Of a DNA stretch of 64,000 bases, positions 50,524 through 62,117 are shown in pieces. The position numbers and the translations under genes were made by a program. The DNA lies in NCBI RefSeq assembly GCF_947568905.1, contig NC_079170.1, forward strand, positions 67,890,001 through 67,954,000, read 5' to 3'. Position 1 is the first letter of the stretch, and every line of letters starts with the position of its first letter. The DNA comes from Ostrea edulis (lineage: Eukaryota). The notes under the pieces are model-generated. The model was not told the DNA's origin, did no database searches, and saw only the letters and a list, made by a program, of their open reading frames with translations.

Positions 50524-52559
50524 ACTACGGCTTCGTAAAACACGTGCTGGTCGCCGTCTCATTTCTTTTGCTCAAGAAAAGTTATTTCAAAGTTTCACAT
50601 TAACATTTCATTAAAAATTAGAGTAACTAACTTTTCAGTGGCAACACATTTTCCAATCTAACTTCGGTTATTTTAGCACGTGACAAGCCATTGTGTACAC
50701 ATGCTAGGAAGGTGGCATACGAGGTGAAGAATATTCAGATCCAATAAATTTTAATTTGGCTGTTTCATAATAATTTGATTTCTTATATATTGTAAGTGTC
50801 ATATTTTCTACAATTTTACGTTTTTGTAGTAATAACTAATTTTCTTGAGATAGATTTTTCGCTGCTAAATAGACGAACAACGCGAAAAAGCGTTCAGTAT
50901 CAATGAATGCTATGTCTCCGAGTGAATCTTAACCGCCGAGTTCCACCTGAAAAAAAAATGGTCAAAACCCTATATTATGATTTATAATACGCACCCCTTT
51001 CTCACACCCAACAATTCTTGAAAAGAAGTCCGTATCATGTTCGGCAAAATACGGTATATATGTATAGTCCATGTTTCTTATTGTTGAACCGATATAGTCT
51101 GTTTGAAACTGTCGGCTTTACTTTGTTGTCAATTTTTATCACAACGGATGAAGACAGCGTGAAAAATCCGTCTTCCATCTTTGAACACATGTTTACTAGA
51201 TTTAACGTTTTCGTAAATGTAGTATGACATAATCCCGAGTATATCGAGATAAAATTATAAACTGCGTCTCGCAAAGACTTCGCGGGTTTCTTTCAATAGC
51301 AAGTGTTAAGTTATTACTTCACATTAAAATTGAATACGGTGACGGCGCGGACAATTAAAAAAAGAAAGAAAAAAAAAAAATACCGAAAAACGGCAATAAA
51401 AGAATTTGACTCGGCGGGGTTTTTTTTCCGGATCAGTCGCGTTTGGGCAAACATACAATATTTTTATTTTGGTCCCACACCCTCGGGCTCAAGGAGGCAG
51501 AAACCACAATATTTCCATCTACCCAAAGATGTTCTACACATTGTTTCAGAGAAGACACTGAAAATGCTCAAAAGTTTACAATAGATGCAATATTGCAGGA
51601 CAACAAACAAAAACATGTAAAAATGGTTTTAAAATCTTCCTTAAGACTTCAAACTCCTACGATTGGACTTTAATCCTTTTTATTTTTTACAAAGCCAATT
51701 AAACTGTTGTTTTACTTTCAATCGAAAGTTATGAACTAAATATGTCTAAAATTCACGAGTCTTACAAGTCCAACATTTAGGGGTTATGAATAAGGCATGC
51801 TCTTTAAATTTTAATGACTGCGATTTTCTGTGAAGGTTTGATAATTTTGAAAAATTAAATGTGTACTACCAAAAATCAAAAGAACTACAGGGTAGCCTGT
51901 TATCTATTAAGTTTCATTAAGTTACACTCACCTTTAACAATAATGTATTTGCATGCGACAGCAGTATTGAATTACATCCTCAAATTCCACAACTGATTGA
52001 AATTCTAATACTCGTTTTATTACCATTTCCATAGACTCTGAATTGAGATAATCTTTCACAGTATATGAACACTTATAGTTATTATAAAGTGCATATGAAA
52101 TTACCAGGACAGTATCAGATTGACTTTTGAGGCAGAGTTCAAACATCATGATAAATTTCCTTCACAATAATGAAAATGTCCTAATAAACGTTTTCTCCAT
52201 TCCATCTCCTGAACATCAGATTCCATTTCACATGTTTTTTGAAAATACACAATAACACTACTAACATCAAAAGCAATACACTAAGGATCAAACTTAATAA
52301 AATGTCCTGAGAAATGAGGTGTTTCATGTAATCCTCCATTTTTAAGCATATCCTTCTTGGAAAATGATGCATTATGGGATAATGCATCTTGGGACTGCAA
52401 TTATAATCTATCCAAATATTGGGAGCCTAATAGATCAAATGAAATGTGGACCATTCTATGTTTGCATACATTTTCACTTACCTGTTCATGCTACCAATTC
52501 CCAATTTACAGCTCCTCCATTACCGGAAGTTGCGCGTAAAATCTGTTCATCGATATCGA

Positions 52560-52803
52560 AAAGGCCGAGCTATAGAGGCGAAATCCAAAGTTTATGAGCT
52601 GAATTAACTTCGTTGTTATCTAGCATGTGAAGCTCATAACAATGATATGTGTGAATTTTTTTCTCAATTTTATGTGCTAAGCTCATAAACAAATTTAGCT
52701 CACAAGTACTGCCTGGACAATATATTAAGCTCATAATTTAGAAATGTCAGAACAGACGGACGGATGGACAGACGGACAGACAGAGTGATTCCTATATACC
52801 CCT
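52560..52803 (+). mobile_element. HINE 3' part
   Basis: (gacg/gaca)n tract followed by cagagtgattcctatataccc. A separated cggggggtataaaa end lies at about 53140. Confidence 0.5.
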
Positions 52804-53189
52804 GACTTGAAAACAAGAAACATATATTTTATAATATTTAGAATTCCTGACATTTTCATAAATCATGAATATCGGTGCTTTATCTCGGTATGCTACATGT
52901 AATTATATATTTTGACTTAACATACATATTATTATATTTCTTAATGCAAGAGTATAAATGATGCATGTGAATTAAAGATAGTCTAGTAATTAGCGCCAAC
53001 AATTTACAGATGCACATGCATGACTTCAAAATTTACGAGCGCGGTTGTTTGGATTACACACAATTAAAAACAAATCCCCGAAAGGAGTCGAGATAAATGC
53101 ATTGAACAACCAGCACGGGTAAAACAGGTACATCATGTTCGGGGGGTATAAAAATCTGTATAAAACATATACCCAACCCCCTTTCTTGA

Positions 53190-53445
53190 TCATACGTTAA
53201 TCATATGTTCAAAATTTCATATGTTTGTCATTTGTTAAATATATGTTAAACATATAAATTTTTCACCTTGTGTTAATCATATGTTTGAAGTTTTCAGTAT
53301 GTTCAACATATGTTTCAAACATACGTTAAACATATGTTCAAAACATATGTTCGCCATATTATGATAAAATCATATGTTTAACATATGTTAAACATATGTT
53401 TAACATATGAATATCCAAAGATATGTTAAACATGTGTTGCAATTT
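53190..53445. repeat. Cluster of AACATATGTT palindromes (probable MITE interior)
   Basis: Many overlapping aacatatgtt/catatg copies ending in gcaattttacctgtg. Confidence 0.6.
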
Positions 53446-53454
53446 TACCTGTGT

Positions 53455-53850
53455 ATGTGGAAGTGAATATTATCAATATCTGCCAGCAAGTATAATCAGT
53501 ATATGTCAGTAAGTAATATCAATATTTGTCAGTAAGTATTACCCGCATGTGTCAGTAAGTATTATCAGTAACTACAGTAAGTATTACCTGCATGTGTCAG
53601 TAAGTATTATCAGTATTTGCCAAATTGGTCAGTATCTTTCAAAAAGTATTATCAGTATGTGTCAGTAAGTATTATCAGTACATGTTAGTATTATCAGTAT
53701 ATGTCAGTATTATCAGTATGTGTCAGTATTATCAGTATGTGACAGTAAATATCATCAGTATATGTTAGCATTATCAGTATGTGACAGTAGATATTATCAA
53801 TATGTATATCTTTTATCAGTGACTCATCGGTGTTTGTCACTGAGTATTAT
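53455..53850. repeat. Degenerate 19-23 bp tandem repeat
   Basis: gtatgtgtcagtaagtattatca-like units. Confidence 0.75.
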
Positions 53851-54029
53851 CAGTACGTATATAAATATTCAACAAATGTAAATAATAACAATTATGGATG
53901 AAGATCAAACGTTGTGATCTTTGCAATAAATTAGATGTTCCACAACGTAATTAATCATATTAATACACGAGAATAGATGTTATCAAAATGCAATGTTAAT
54001 TTGTTTGATTCAGTGTCCATGTTTATCAA

Positions 54030-55467
54030 TACTCTGTTGTAGGAGACAGTTGATGTTTAATATAGTTATCAGTACTCTGTTGTAGGAGACAGTTGATGTT
54101 TATAACAGTTATCAATACTCGGTTGTAGGAGACAGTTGATGTTTATAACAGTTCTCAATACTCTGTTGTGGGAGACAGTTGATGTTTATAACAGTTATCA
54201 ATACTCTGTTGTAGGAGACAGTTGATGTTTATAACAGTTTTCAATACTCGGTTGTAGGAGACATTTAATGTTTATAACAGTTATCAATACTCTGTTGTGG
54301 GAGACAGTTGATGTTTATAACAGTTATCAATACTCGGTTGTAGGAGACATTTAATGTTTATAACAGTTATCAATACTCTGTTGTGGGAGACAGTTGATGT
54401 TTATAACAGTTATCAATACTCTGTTGTAGGAGACAGTTGATGTTTATAACAGTTATCAATACTCGGTTGTAGGAGACATTTAATGTTTATAACAGTTATC
54501 AATACTCTGTTGTGGGAGACAGTTGATGTTTAAAACAGTTATCAATACTCTGTTGTAGGAGACAGTTGATGTTTATAACAGTTATCAATACTCGGTTGTA
54601 GGAGACATTTAATGTTTATAACAGTTATCAATACTCTGTTGTGGGAGACAGTTGATGTTTATAACAGTTATCAATACTCTGTGGGAGACAGTTGATGTTT
54701 ATAACAGTTATCAATACTCTGTTGTAGGAGACAGTTGATGTTTATAACAGTTATCAATACTCGGTTGTAGGAGACATTTAATGTTTATAACAGTTATCAA
54801 TACTCTGTTGTGGGAGACAGTTGATGTTTATAACAGTTATCAATACTCTGTTGTGGGAGACAGTTGATGTTTATAACAGTTATCAATACTCGGTTGTAGG
54901 AGACATTTAATGTTTATAACAGTTATCAATACTCTGTTGTGGGAGACAGTTGATGTTTATAACAGTTATCAATACTCTGTTGTAGGAGACAGTTGATGTT
55001 TATAACAGTTATCAATACTCTGTTGTGGGAGACAGTTGATGTTTATAACAGTTATCAATACTCGGTTGTAGGAGACATTTAATGTTTATAACAGTTATCA
55101 ATACTCTGTTGTGGGAGACAGTTGATGTTTATAACAGTTATCAATACTCTGTTGTAGGAGACAGTTAATGTTTATAACAGTTATCAATACTCTGTTGTAG
55201 GAGACAGTTAATGTTTATAACAGTTATCAATACTCTGTTGTAGTAGACAGTTGATGTTTATAACAGTTATCAATACTCTGTTGTAGGAGACAGTTGGTGT
55301 TTATAACAGTTGTCAATACTCTGTTGTAGGAGACAGTTGATGTTTATAACAGTTATCAATACTCTGTTGTAGTAGACAGTTGATGTGTATAACAGTTATC
55401 AATACTCTGTTGTAGGAGACAGTTGATGTTTATAACAGTTATCAATACTCTGTTGTAGGAGACAGTT
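54030..55467 (+). repeat. 43-bp VNTR (33 full units plus the functional copy) consisting of the FReD intron-4 acceptor and the exon-5 head
   Basis: Unit tactctgttgtag|gagacagtt gatgtttataacagttatcaa. Period 43 from 54030 to 55446, with one 40-bp unit. Confidence 0.95.
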
Positions 55468-55703
55468 TGTACATCCACAATGGATATAAGTTCAGTACAC
55501 ATGATGAGGATAACGACGATTCCAGTGGTAACTGTGCGGTTATATATCACGGAGCCTGGTGGTACAGGGAATGTGCTAACTCCAACCTGAACGGTCTGTA
55601 CGCCAGGTCCGTTGTGTCTAGTTTAAAATACCCCTACTGGTATCTTTGGAAATATCTTACCGCATTAAAGGGAACATCTATGCTGATACGACCCAAGAAT
55701 TAA
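55459..55703 (+). CDS. FReD lectin exon 5 (last)
   Basis: (G)DSLYIHNGYKFSTHDEDNDDSSGNCAVIYHGAWWYRECANSNLNGLY...YWYLWK...LKGTSMLIRPKN*. Phase 1 matches exon 4. Spliced CDS is 948 nt. Confidence 0.9.
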
Positions 55704-56933
55704 CATCAATATATACCGTGTTTGACAAATGACTAAGTCATGTCCTGGATTGACTTATTTTACATCAGATATCTCTGATGAAACGGGATAGTAACGTGTG
55801 GTTGATATAATATAAATATCAATGGAATTATCAGGATTTTTTCAATGTAATTGTTTATTAAGTAGTGAGCAGTAACATTTTGTGTAGAATGATTGAGTTG
55901 TATTCCTTTTTTAAGTATAAATCACTGATTGTTAAACTCTGACAAATGATCAACATACTCTATGTACTACATGATCTGTATTATTTTGATCAACACATGA
56001 ATATTAATTTGTGGTATATCATTAATTGTCATGATAAATGCTTTTACATAGTGTAAATATGTATGTCATTAAATAGATTCTTAAAGCAATAGTTTGTATT
56101 CCAGATAATAAACATCATATATACATTTTATTTTGATACAGTAAATAATCATCATAAAGACATCTTATTTTGATACAGTAAATAATCATCATAAAGACAT
56201 CTTATTTTAATACATGCACATATGTTTTGATATAGGCACCTATTTTACATTGTTAACAGATAAGCTAACGTAACCTGAATTCTGTAGAGATACAAACATA
56301 TGTTATATTGGGGGGGGGGGGGGGGGGGCTGATACTCCAGACAGTATTTCTCTCAATAGAGTCACGTGATCATATCAGTCACATATTTCACAACATTGGC
56401 ATTTTCCATGTTTTTTTCCCTTAATGACTTTACAAATTTTGATGGTGTCCATATTTTCATGAATGCTATGCAGTTGTGAACAATGCCCGGATGAATCTTA
56501 ACTTAAATAGCACGTCCAATGTACCGGATGCAAGATGTTCCATGATGATAAATTTATCTTATTCATTTAATATTGTTGGATGATGAATGTCTTTCTGTAG
56601 AGAAAAATATAATGCTTTGTGTTAGCTTTCTGAAAGATATTCGTGAGACTACATGTAGTTGTTCTAATTTTGCTCCAAGTTAATATTCAAGAAATAAATT
56701 TTGTAACAATGTAAGTGATAAGCAGTATCATAGTATCATGCTTTGTCTTTTTTACACATATAAATATCTCAATAGTCGCTTATATATTGTATGGCATTTA
56801 TAATTGTATGATATGTATTTCTTAAATAAATCGCTTCTGTACAAGTTCAACACATTTAGTATTTATTATTTCTATATACCTTCAACGGATCCGATTCTAC
56901 TGCATTAACAGACTTTGTAAACCAGCACAGTTA

Positions 56934-57149
56934 CTGTGGAATCACCATTATTCGTGGGGGATTGATGTTCGTGGATTTTGTGGGTCACTCTTACCCGCGA
57001 ATTTACGTGTCCTCGGACATTTTAAATAAAGTAGAGTTATCCCTCTTAGTGACATCGTATTGCTTACCCACGAAATTAAGTCGCCACAAACCAGCAACAT
57101 TTTGCTTACCCACGAACATTGTCCCCCACGAATTAAAGCAATTCCACAG
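56934..57149. mobile_element. Tc1/mariner-type MITE
   Basis: TA|ctgtggaat ... attccacag|TA. Confidence 0.75.
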
Positions 57150-57458
57150 TATGTAGTGCCCAGACTTCTATTAAATGCACTCCATCCTGAATTCTCTGCG
57201 CCTGCGCGGTTTCCATATAGGTGATGGTTGATTATGGTAGAAAAGAGGCATAAGAAATGCACACTAAAGCTAACAAAACTGCCAATGTCTGGAGTACACT
57301 GACAAGAAATGTCTTAAAACGAGCGTTCTCTGCATAACGGATATTTTAGAGTGTGTTATTGCCTGTCGTTTAAGTATTCACCAAATTTGCTTGACTTCCA
57401 GAGGTATCTAGAAGTTTGTGTTTGTTGGCGTTTTACAAATCTAAAGCTAACCATTAGC

Positions 57459-57509
<51 letters not shown>

Positions 57510-57895
57510 CGCGTGTGTGTGGGCGCATGCGTGCATGCATGTAAGTGTGTGAATTAGTGAATATGTGCGTGCGTGCGAAATCAATAATTTAAAGAAATAT
57601 GAGCTGTATTTTTAAGAATTCTATTTTCCTTTAAAATTGTGTTATTATGATTATTTTCCAAGCGTAACAGTTTATCAGATGAAATTTTTCTGTACAATGG
57701 AGTATAACGCTTTCAATAGGAAATCGATTTTGTACAGAACATCAATGCAATTATGCGTCAATCAGATCGAGCCTATCAAAGTTTAGTCGACCCAAATCGT
57801 TTATATACCTGCAGCCGTACCAAAAAGAATTCTAACATGTAAAAAAAAAAAAAAGGAAAATGAAAAAAAATCAAAAAGGTGGGGAGGAATCCAGG

Positions 57896-57948
<53 letters not shown>

Positions 57949-58566
57949 TATTTAGTAACAGTCCCTGCATTGAATTACTTTTTTTTTTAAAAATGATAAG
58001 GAAACCTGAAAAACTATTAGACACAACAAAAACTCTATCGACATCAGGGAACCCTTACGTACACATCGAGATTGAATTTTGCTGTTAATGTCGTCGTAAC
58101 TGAGCTTGTGCTAGGCCTCCAGTGAAGTTGAAAATGAACACGGAATTAAATGTGCACACTGAAATGCATTTTGCTAGCCTAGACAATTTTCTTTCTTGAT
58201 TTCAAACAGAACACATATTTTCTAACTAGACACTTACGGTAAGAATTCAATACAAACTCTACTACTACTATATCATATACTAAATGATAAAGTATTTTAA
58301 AATCCTAATGTTTCATTATAAGATATATTTTCACTGGGGGGGGGGGGGGGGGGTAGTTGACCCACCCTTCAAAGTGTGAAGTATGTGTCATGTCTTACAA
58401 AATGTACCAGATGACATCACGTAACATAGGTCCACATTGTATTACATTTGCTGTATAAATAAATATAGCAACAACGCGAATCCTTTTATAAGTTCCTGTT
58501 TTTATTCCATCTACATGTATGCCTCACTATTCACAGACACAGTTAATTACACAATAATTAGGACAC

Positions 58567-58592
58567 ATCACTGTTCGTTATATTCACCTTCC
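58567..58592 (+). mobile_element. 3' tip of Naiad-type PLE (copy J)
   Basis: atcactgttcgttatattcaccttcc. Confidence 0.45.
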
Positions 58593-58696
58593 ATTGAAAT
58601 CTCCTGTAGCAAACGGAAAGCTACACATCAAATGCCATGAAAATGTGCATCACATCAATACGTATACAGTGTATACATGCTATATACATACATATA

Positions 58697-58745
<49 letters not shown>

Positions 58746-59136
58746 CCATATGAAACTTAGTACAAAGGTATCAAATTATATTCAGGCACTCCAATCACAG
58801 TTCTTTAAAATGATCTTCGGAACGTGTTTATAAATATTTGATAAATGAGAAAAATAAGTTTTGATACGGACTTTTTTATATGATTCCTTTAACTGATAAG
58901 TTAAACATACATTGTGTTAGATATTGATTAGTAATACAATTAAGAACACCAACTGCGATGTCATTGCTTCCATAAAAAAAAATTTAAAAAAAATACAATG
59001 ATGGCAAAATAACTTAAGCGTTTGAACACTACAATCCGATTGGACAATATTAAAAAAAAGAATCCAAACCTGGTCTACGGTAACCTGAGTACATGTATAA
59101 GTAAGTAAGTACGTAATTTATTAGAGTGACGTGATA

Positions 59137-59400
59137 CCGTGGGGATCGGGGTTAAAGTAGGTCCTCAGTACTCCTTGCTTGTCGTAGAAGGCGACTAAAT
59201 GGGGCGGTCCTTCGGATGAGACCGCAAAAACCGAGGCCCCGTGTCACAGTAGGTGTGGTACGATAAAGATCCCTCCCTGCTCAAAGGCCATAAGCGCCGA
59301 TCATAGGCCTAAATTTTAAAGCCCTTCACTGGCAGTGGTGACGCCTCCATATGAGTGAAACATTATCGAAATGGACGTTAAACAATATTCAATCAATCAA
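59137..59400 (+). mobile_element. Bivalve SINE-like element with Deu/Nin-like core, no tRNA head (copy 2)
   Basis: Homologous to 20172-20435, with an (aatc)n tail. Confidence 0.65.
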
Positions 59401-59599
59401 TTATGTGTACGTACGTTAATTAACAACATTTCCATCTCTGTATATAAATGAAATAACACCCGGCCCAAGCGAACCTATACGTCACTTTGAATCAATATCT
59501 AACAATATGTACATGCTAGGGAGATATATGACATTATAACTTTTTTATTAATTTTTGCTGTCTGATATTAAAGGAATTGAATATAAAATTTGCTGTCTG

Positions 59600-59997
59600 T
59601 CGTGGATGATTGGTATAACGTTTACAAATAAAGAAGAGTCTAAAGTTAAACTGTGGTAATCATGCAGGTAACTCCATTTTTACTGAAGAAATCCTTTCTT
59701 GTCCTATTATATAACGATCAGTGTAGTAAAAAGTGTCTCTCCGTTTCTATTTCATTTGGTCACATAACATACATATCCTGTCCTCAATCGACCCACTTCT
59801 GTATCTACCGGTTTTAATTCTAAGTGGTAAAACACCACATCTAAGCATGGCCAGAGTTGATCGCACATTTTGGGGGAGATCCAGTTCCACGTATTTTTCC
59901 ACAGTATACTGATCTTTTAAGAGCGTGTAGGTTCGGAGTTCTGGAGTATTTTTGATATTTTGATAATTTTGAAGCCATTGAATTTGGACATGCTGGC
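59600..59997 (-). mobile_element. Non-LTR retrotransposon ORF2 3' end with CCHC-type motif
   Basis: LRTYTLLK...EKY...RSTLAMLRCGVLPLRIKTGRY...RICMLC, then in a shifted frame EIETERHFLLH. Confidence 0.7.
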
Positions 59998-60162
59998 CAA
60001 TCTGATTAAAATCAGATCCTCGAGTCGCTCCTCTTTGTTTTCTTGTCGCTACACGAGGTAGCGACAAGAAGAAAAAAAACAAAGAGGAGCGGATCGAGGA
60101 TCTGATAGCGACAAGAAGAAAAAAAGAGGAGCGGATCGAGGATCTGATTTTAATCAGATTGA
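59998..60162. repeat. Fold-back palindrome with a duplicated right arm
   Basis: caatctgattaaaatcagatcctcga..ttcttgtcgctac-acgag-gtagcgacaagaa..tcgaggatctgat..tttaatcagattg. The agcgacaagaa...gaggatctgat segment is repeated. Confidence 0.75.
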
Positions 60163-60699
60163 TATGCTGGCGTAATTTTGCGTCGGCAATATCAAGATCA
60201 CATGTTCTCAGAGTCGAGTAGTGTTATGCCATGTCTAGTGAATTCATGAGGTACTTAATATGGGAGGTCCAGTTTGACCGATTTGTCTGGGTCATATAAA
60301 ACGCGCCGAACCCGCACCATACTTTGGCGGGAAAATTCACATCAGACAAAATCAAAGCTGCTTGCCATCATTTGTGTATATGTTTTTAGTAGAATTTTAT
60401 CATACAATCTTATCAATCGCAATTTCAATTTAATCATAAAATTTAAAAGCTATTTACAAAATGTTCACGATGTTACACTAATGATAAGGTATGATGCAGT
60501 CTAACTTACACTGCATTTTCTGGTAGGTCTGTATGACATATTTTGTTTGATGTCAGATCTATGCTTTCGGCTACTTTCTATCCCTCCGACTTCAAAGTCT
60601 ATCTTGCGCTGCGCACTAAACATTAGGCCTACATACATGTATGTAGCCTAAACATATCTCCTGTTGTCAAGATTCCTCGCAATCCCCACGTCATGTTTT

Positions 60700-61589
60700 C
60701 AAATCTTCGTTTCTTTCTCTCCTTTACTTCATCCTCTCATCAAAATCCTTTCTTTCCTTTTTCTCTCTACTCTATTTCTTTCGTTCTCTCTTTCTTCTCT
60801 GTTTCTTTTTCTCTCTTTTCTCTTTTTATCTCCCCATTATTTCGTCTTCTTTCCTCTATTTCGTTCTCTCTCCTCTTTTTTCTCTTTTCTATATTTCTTT
60901 CTCTTTTCAAATTGTTTCTTTTTTTCTCTCCTCTATTTCTTTCTTTTTATCTCTCCTATATTTCTTTCCCTTTCCCGCTCCCTTTTATTTCTCTTTCTTT
61001 TCCCTCTTTCTTCTGTTTTATCTCTCTCCTCTTTTTTTATCCTCCATTTCTTTCTCTTTCTTCTCCCTCTCCTCCGTTTCTTGTTCTCTCTATTTCTCTC
61101 TCAGCTCTACATCTTTCTACCCTACGTTTATCTTTCTCTCTTTTTTATTTCTCTGTCCTCTGTTTCTTTTTCTCTCTCTTCTCTCTTTCTTTCATCTTTC
61201 CAACTATATCTCCAATTTCTTTCTCTTTTACTTCATTCTCTTCTCAGATTTTTTTTTCGTGACCCCCCCCCCCCTTCATTTCTTTCTCTCTTTATCCTCT
61301 ACGAGTTCTTTCTCTATTCTATATTTATCGCACTTAAAATCACACGGCCTCTCACCTCTGCCGGTGGGGATTCGAATCCGGCTCGCACCGGTAAGTGAGA
61401 ATGTTTCCCAGTTTACTTTCGGAAGGTCGGTGGAGATATATTGAGGTACATTGGAGGTACATTGTAACTGGGTTCTCTCTTCCACCAATAAAAACTGGGC
61501 GCCACCGGATAACTGGAAAATTGTTGAGTGTGGCGGGCGGAAAAGATCAATCAATCAATCAATCTTCTTTATTTCCTTTTAAACTCTTT

Positions 61590-61639
<50 letters not shown>

Positions 61640-62066
61640 TTATATCTTCTTGTATATATCCTTCTCTCCTCAATTTTTTTTCTTTCCCGTCTCTCCCCTT
61701 CATTGATTTCACTCTTGCTCTTTCTTTTTCTCATGTATGATTTCTTTCTTATCTTATGTTTATTTTTATGTCTTCTTTATTTCTTTTATATTTTTTTGTT
61801 TTCTCTCTCTTCTCTATTTCGCTCTCTCCCTCTCTCTTCTCCCTTTCTCCCTCTTGTATATATCTTTATCTCTCTCTCTCTCTCTCTAGTATATATCTCC
61901 ATTGTATATATTTTTCTCTCCTCTATTTATCTCTCTCTTGTATCTCTCTCTCTCTCTCTTTCTTGTATATTTCTTCTCTCTCTTGTTTATTTATTTTCTC
62001 TCTTGTATATATCTTTCTCTCTCCCTTGTATAAATCTTTCTTTCTCATATATATATATATATATAT

Positions 62067-62114
<48 letters not shown>
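60700..62114. repeat. Long pyrimidine-rich low-complexity tract with (TC)n and a terminal (TA)n
   Basis: Almost purine-free + strand, interrupted by a SINE. Confidence 0.85.
61346..61562 (+). mobile_element. tRNA-derived SINE (V-domain-like body), degenerate
   Basis: B-box gattcgaatcc at 61369-61379, a ttccaccaataaaaactgg...ataactggaaaattgttgagtgtggcg body and an (atca)n tail. Confidence 0.6.

Positions 62115-62117
<3 letters not shown>

Noticed and set aside
52181-52387. Small transmembrane protein ORF
   Set aside because: Probably an alternative frame of decayed sequence, with no independent support.
39700-52500. SET domain upstream of the YR-like gene
   Set aside because: Expected from my recollection of related proteins, but no SET motifs (e.g. 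R.INHS, YDY) were found by eye.
54030-55467. CRISPR-like regular repeat array
   Set aside because: Units are contiguous with no unique spacers, there are no cas genes, and the context is eukaryotic. The same applies to 24327-24582.
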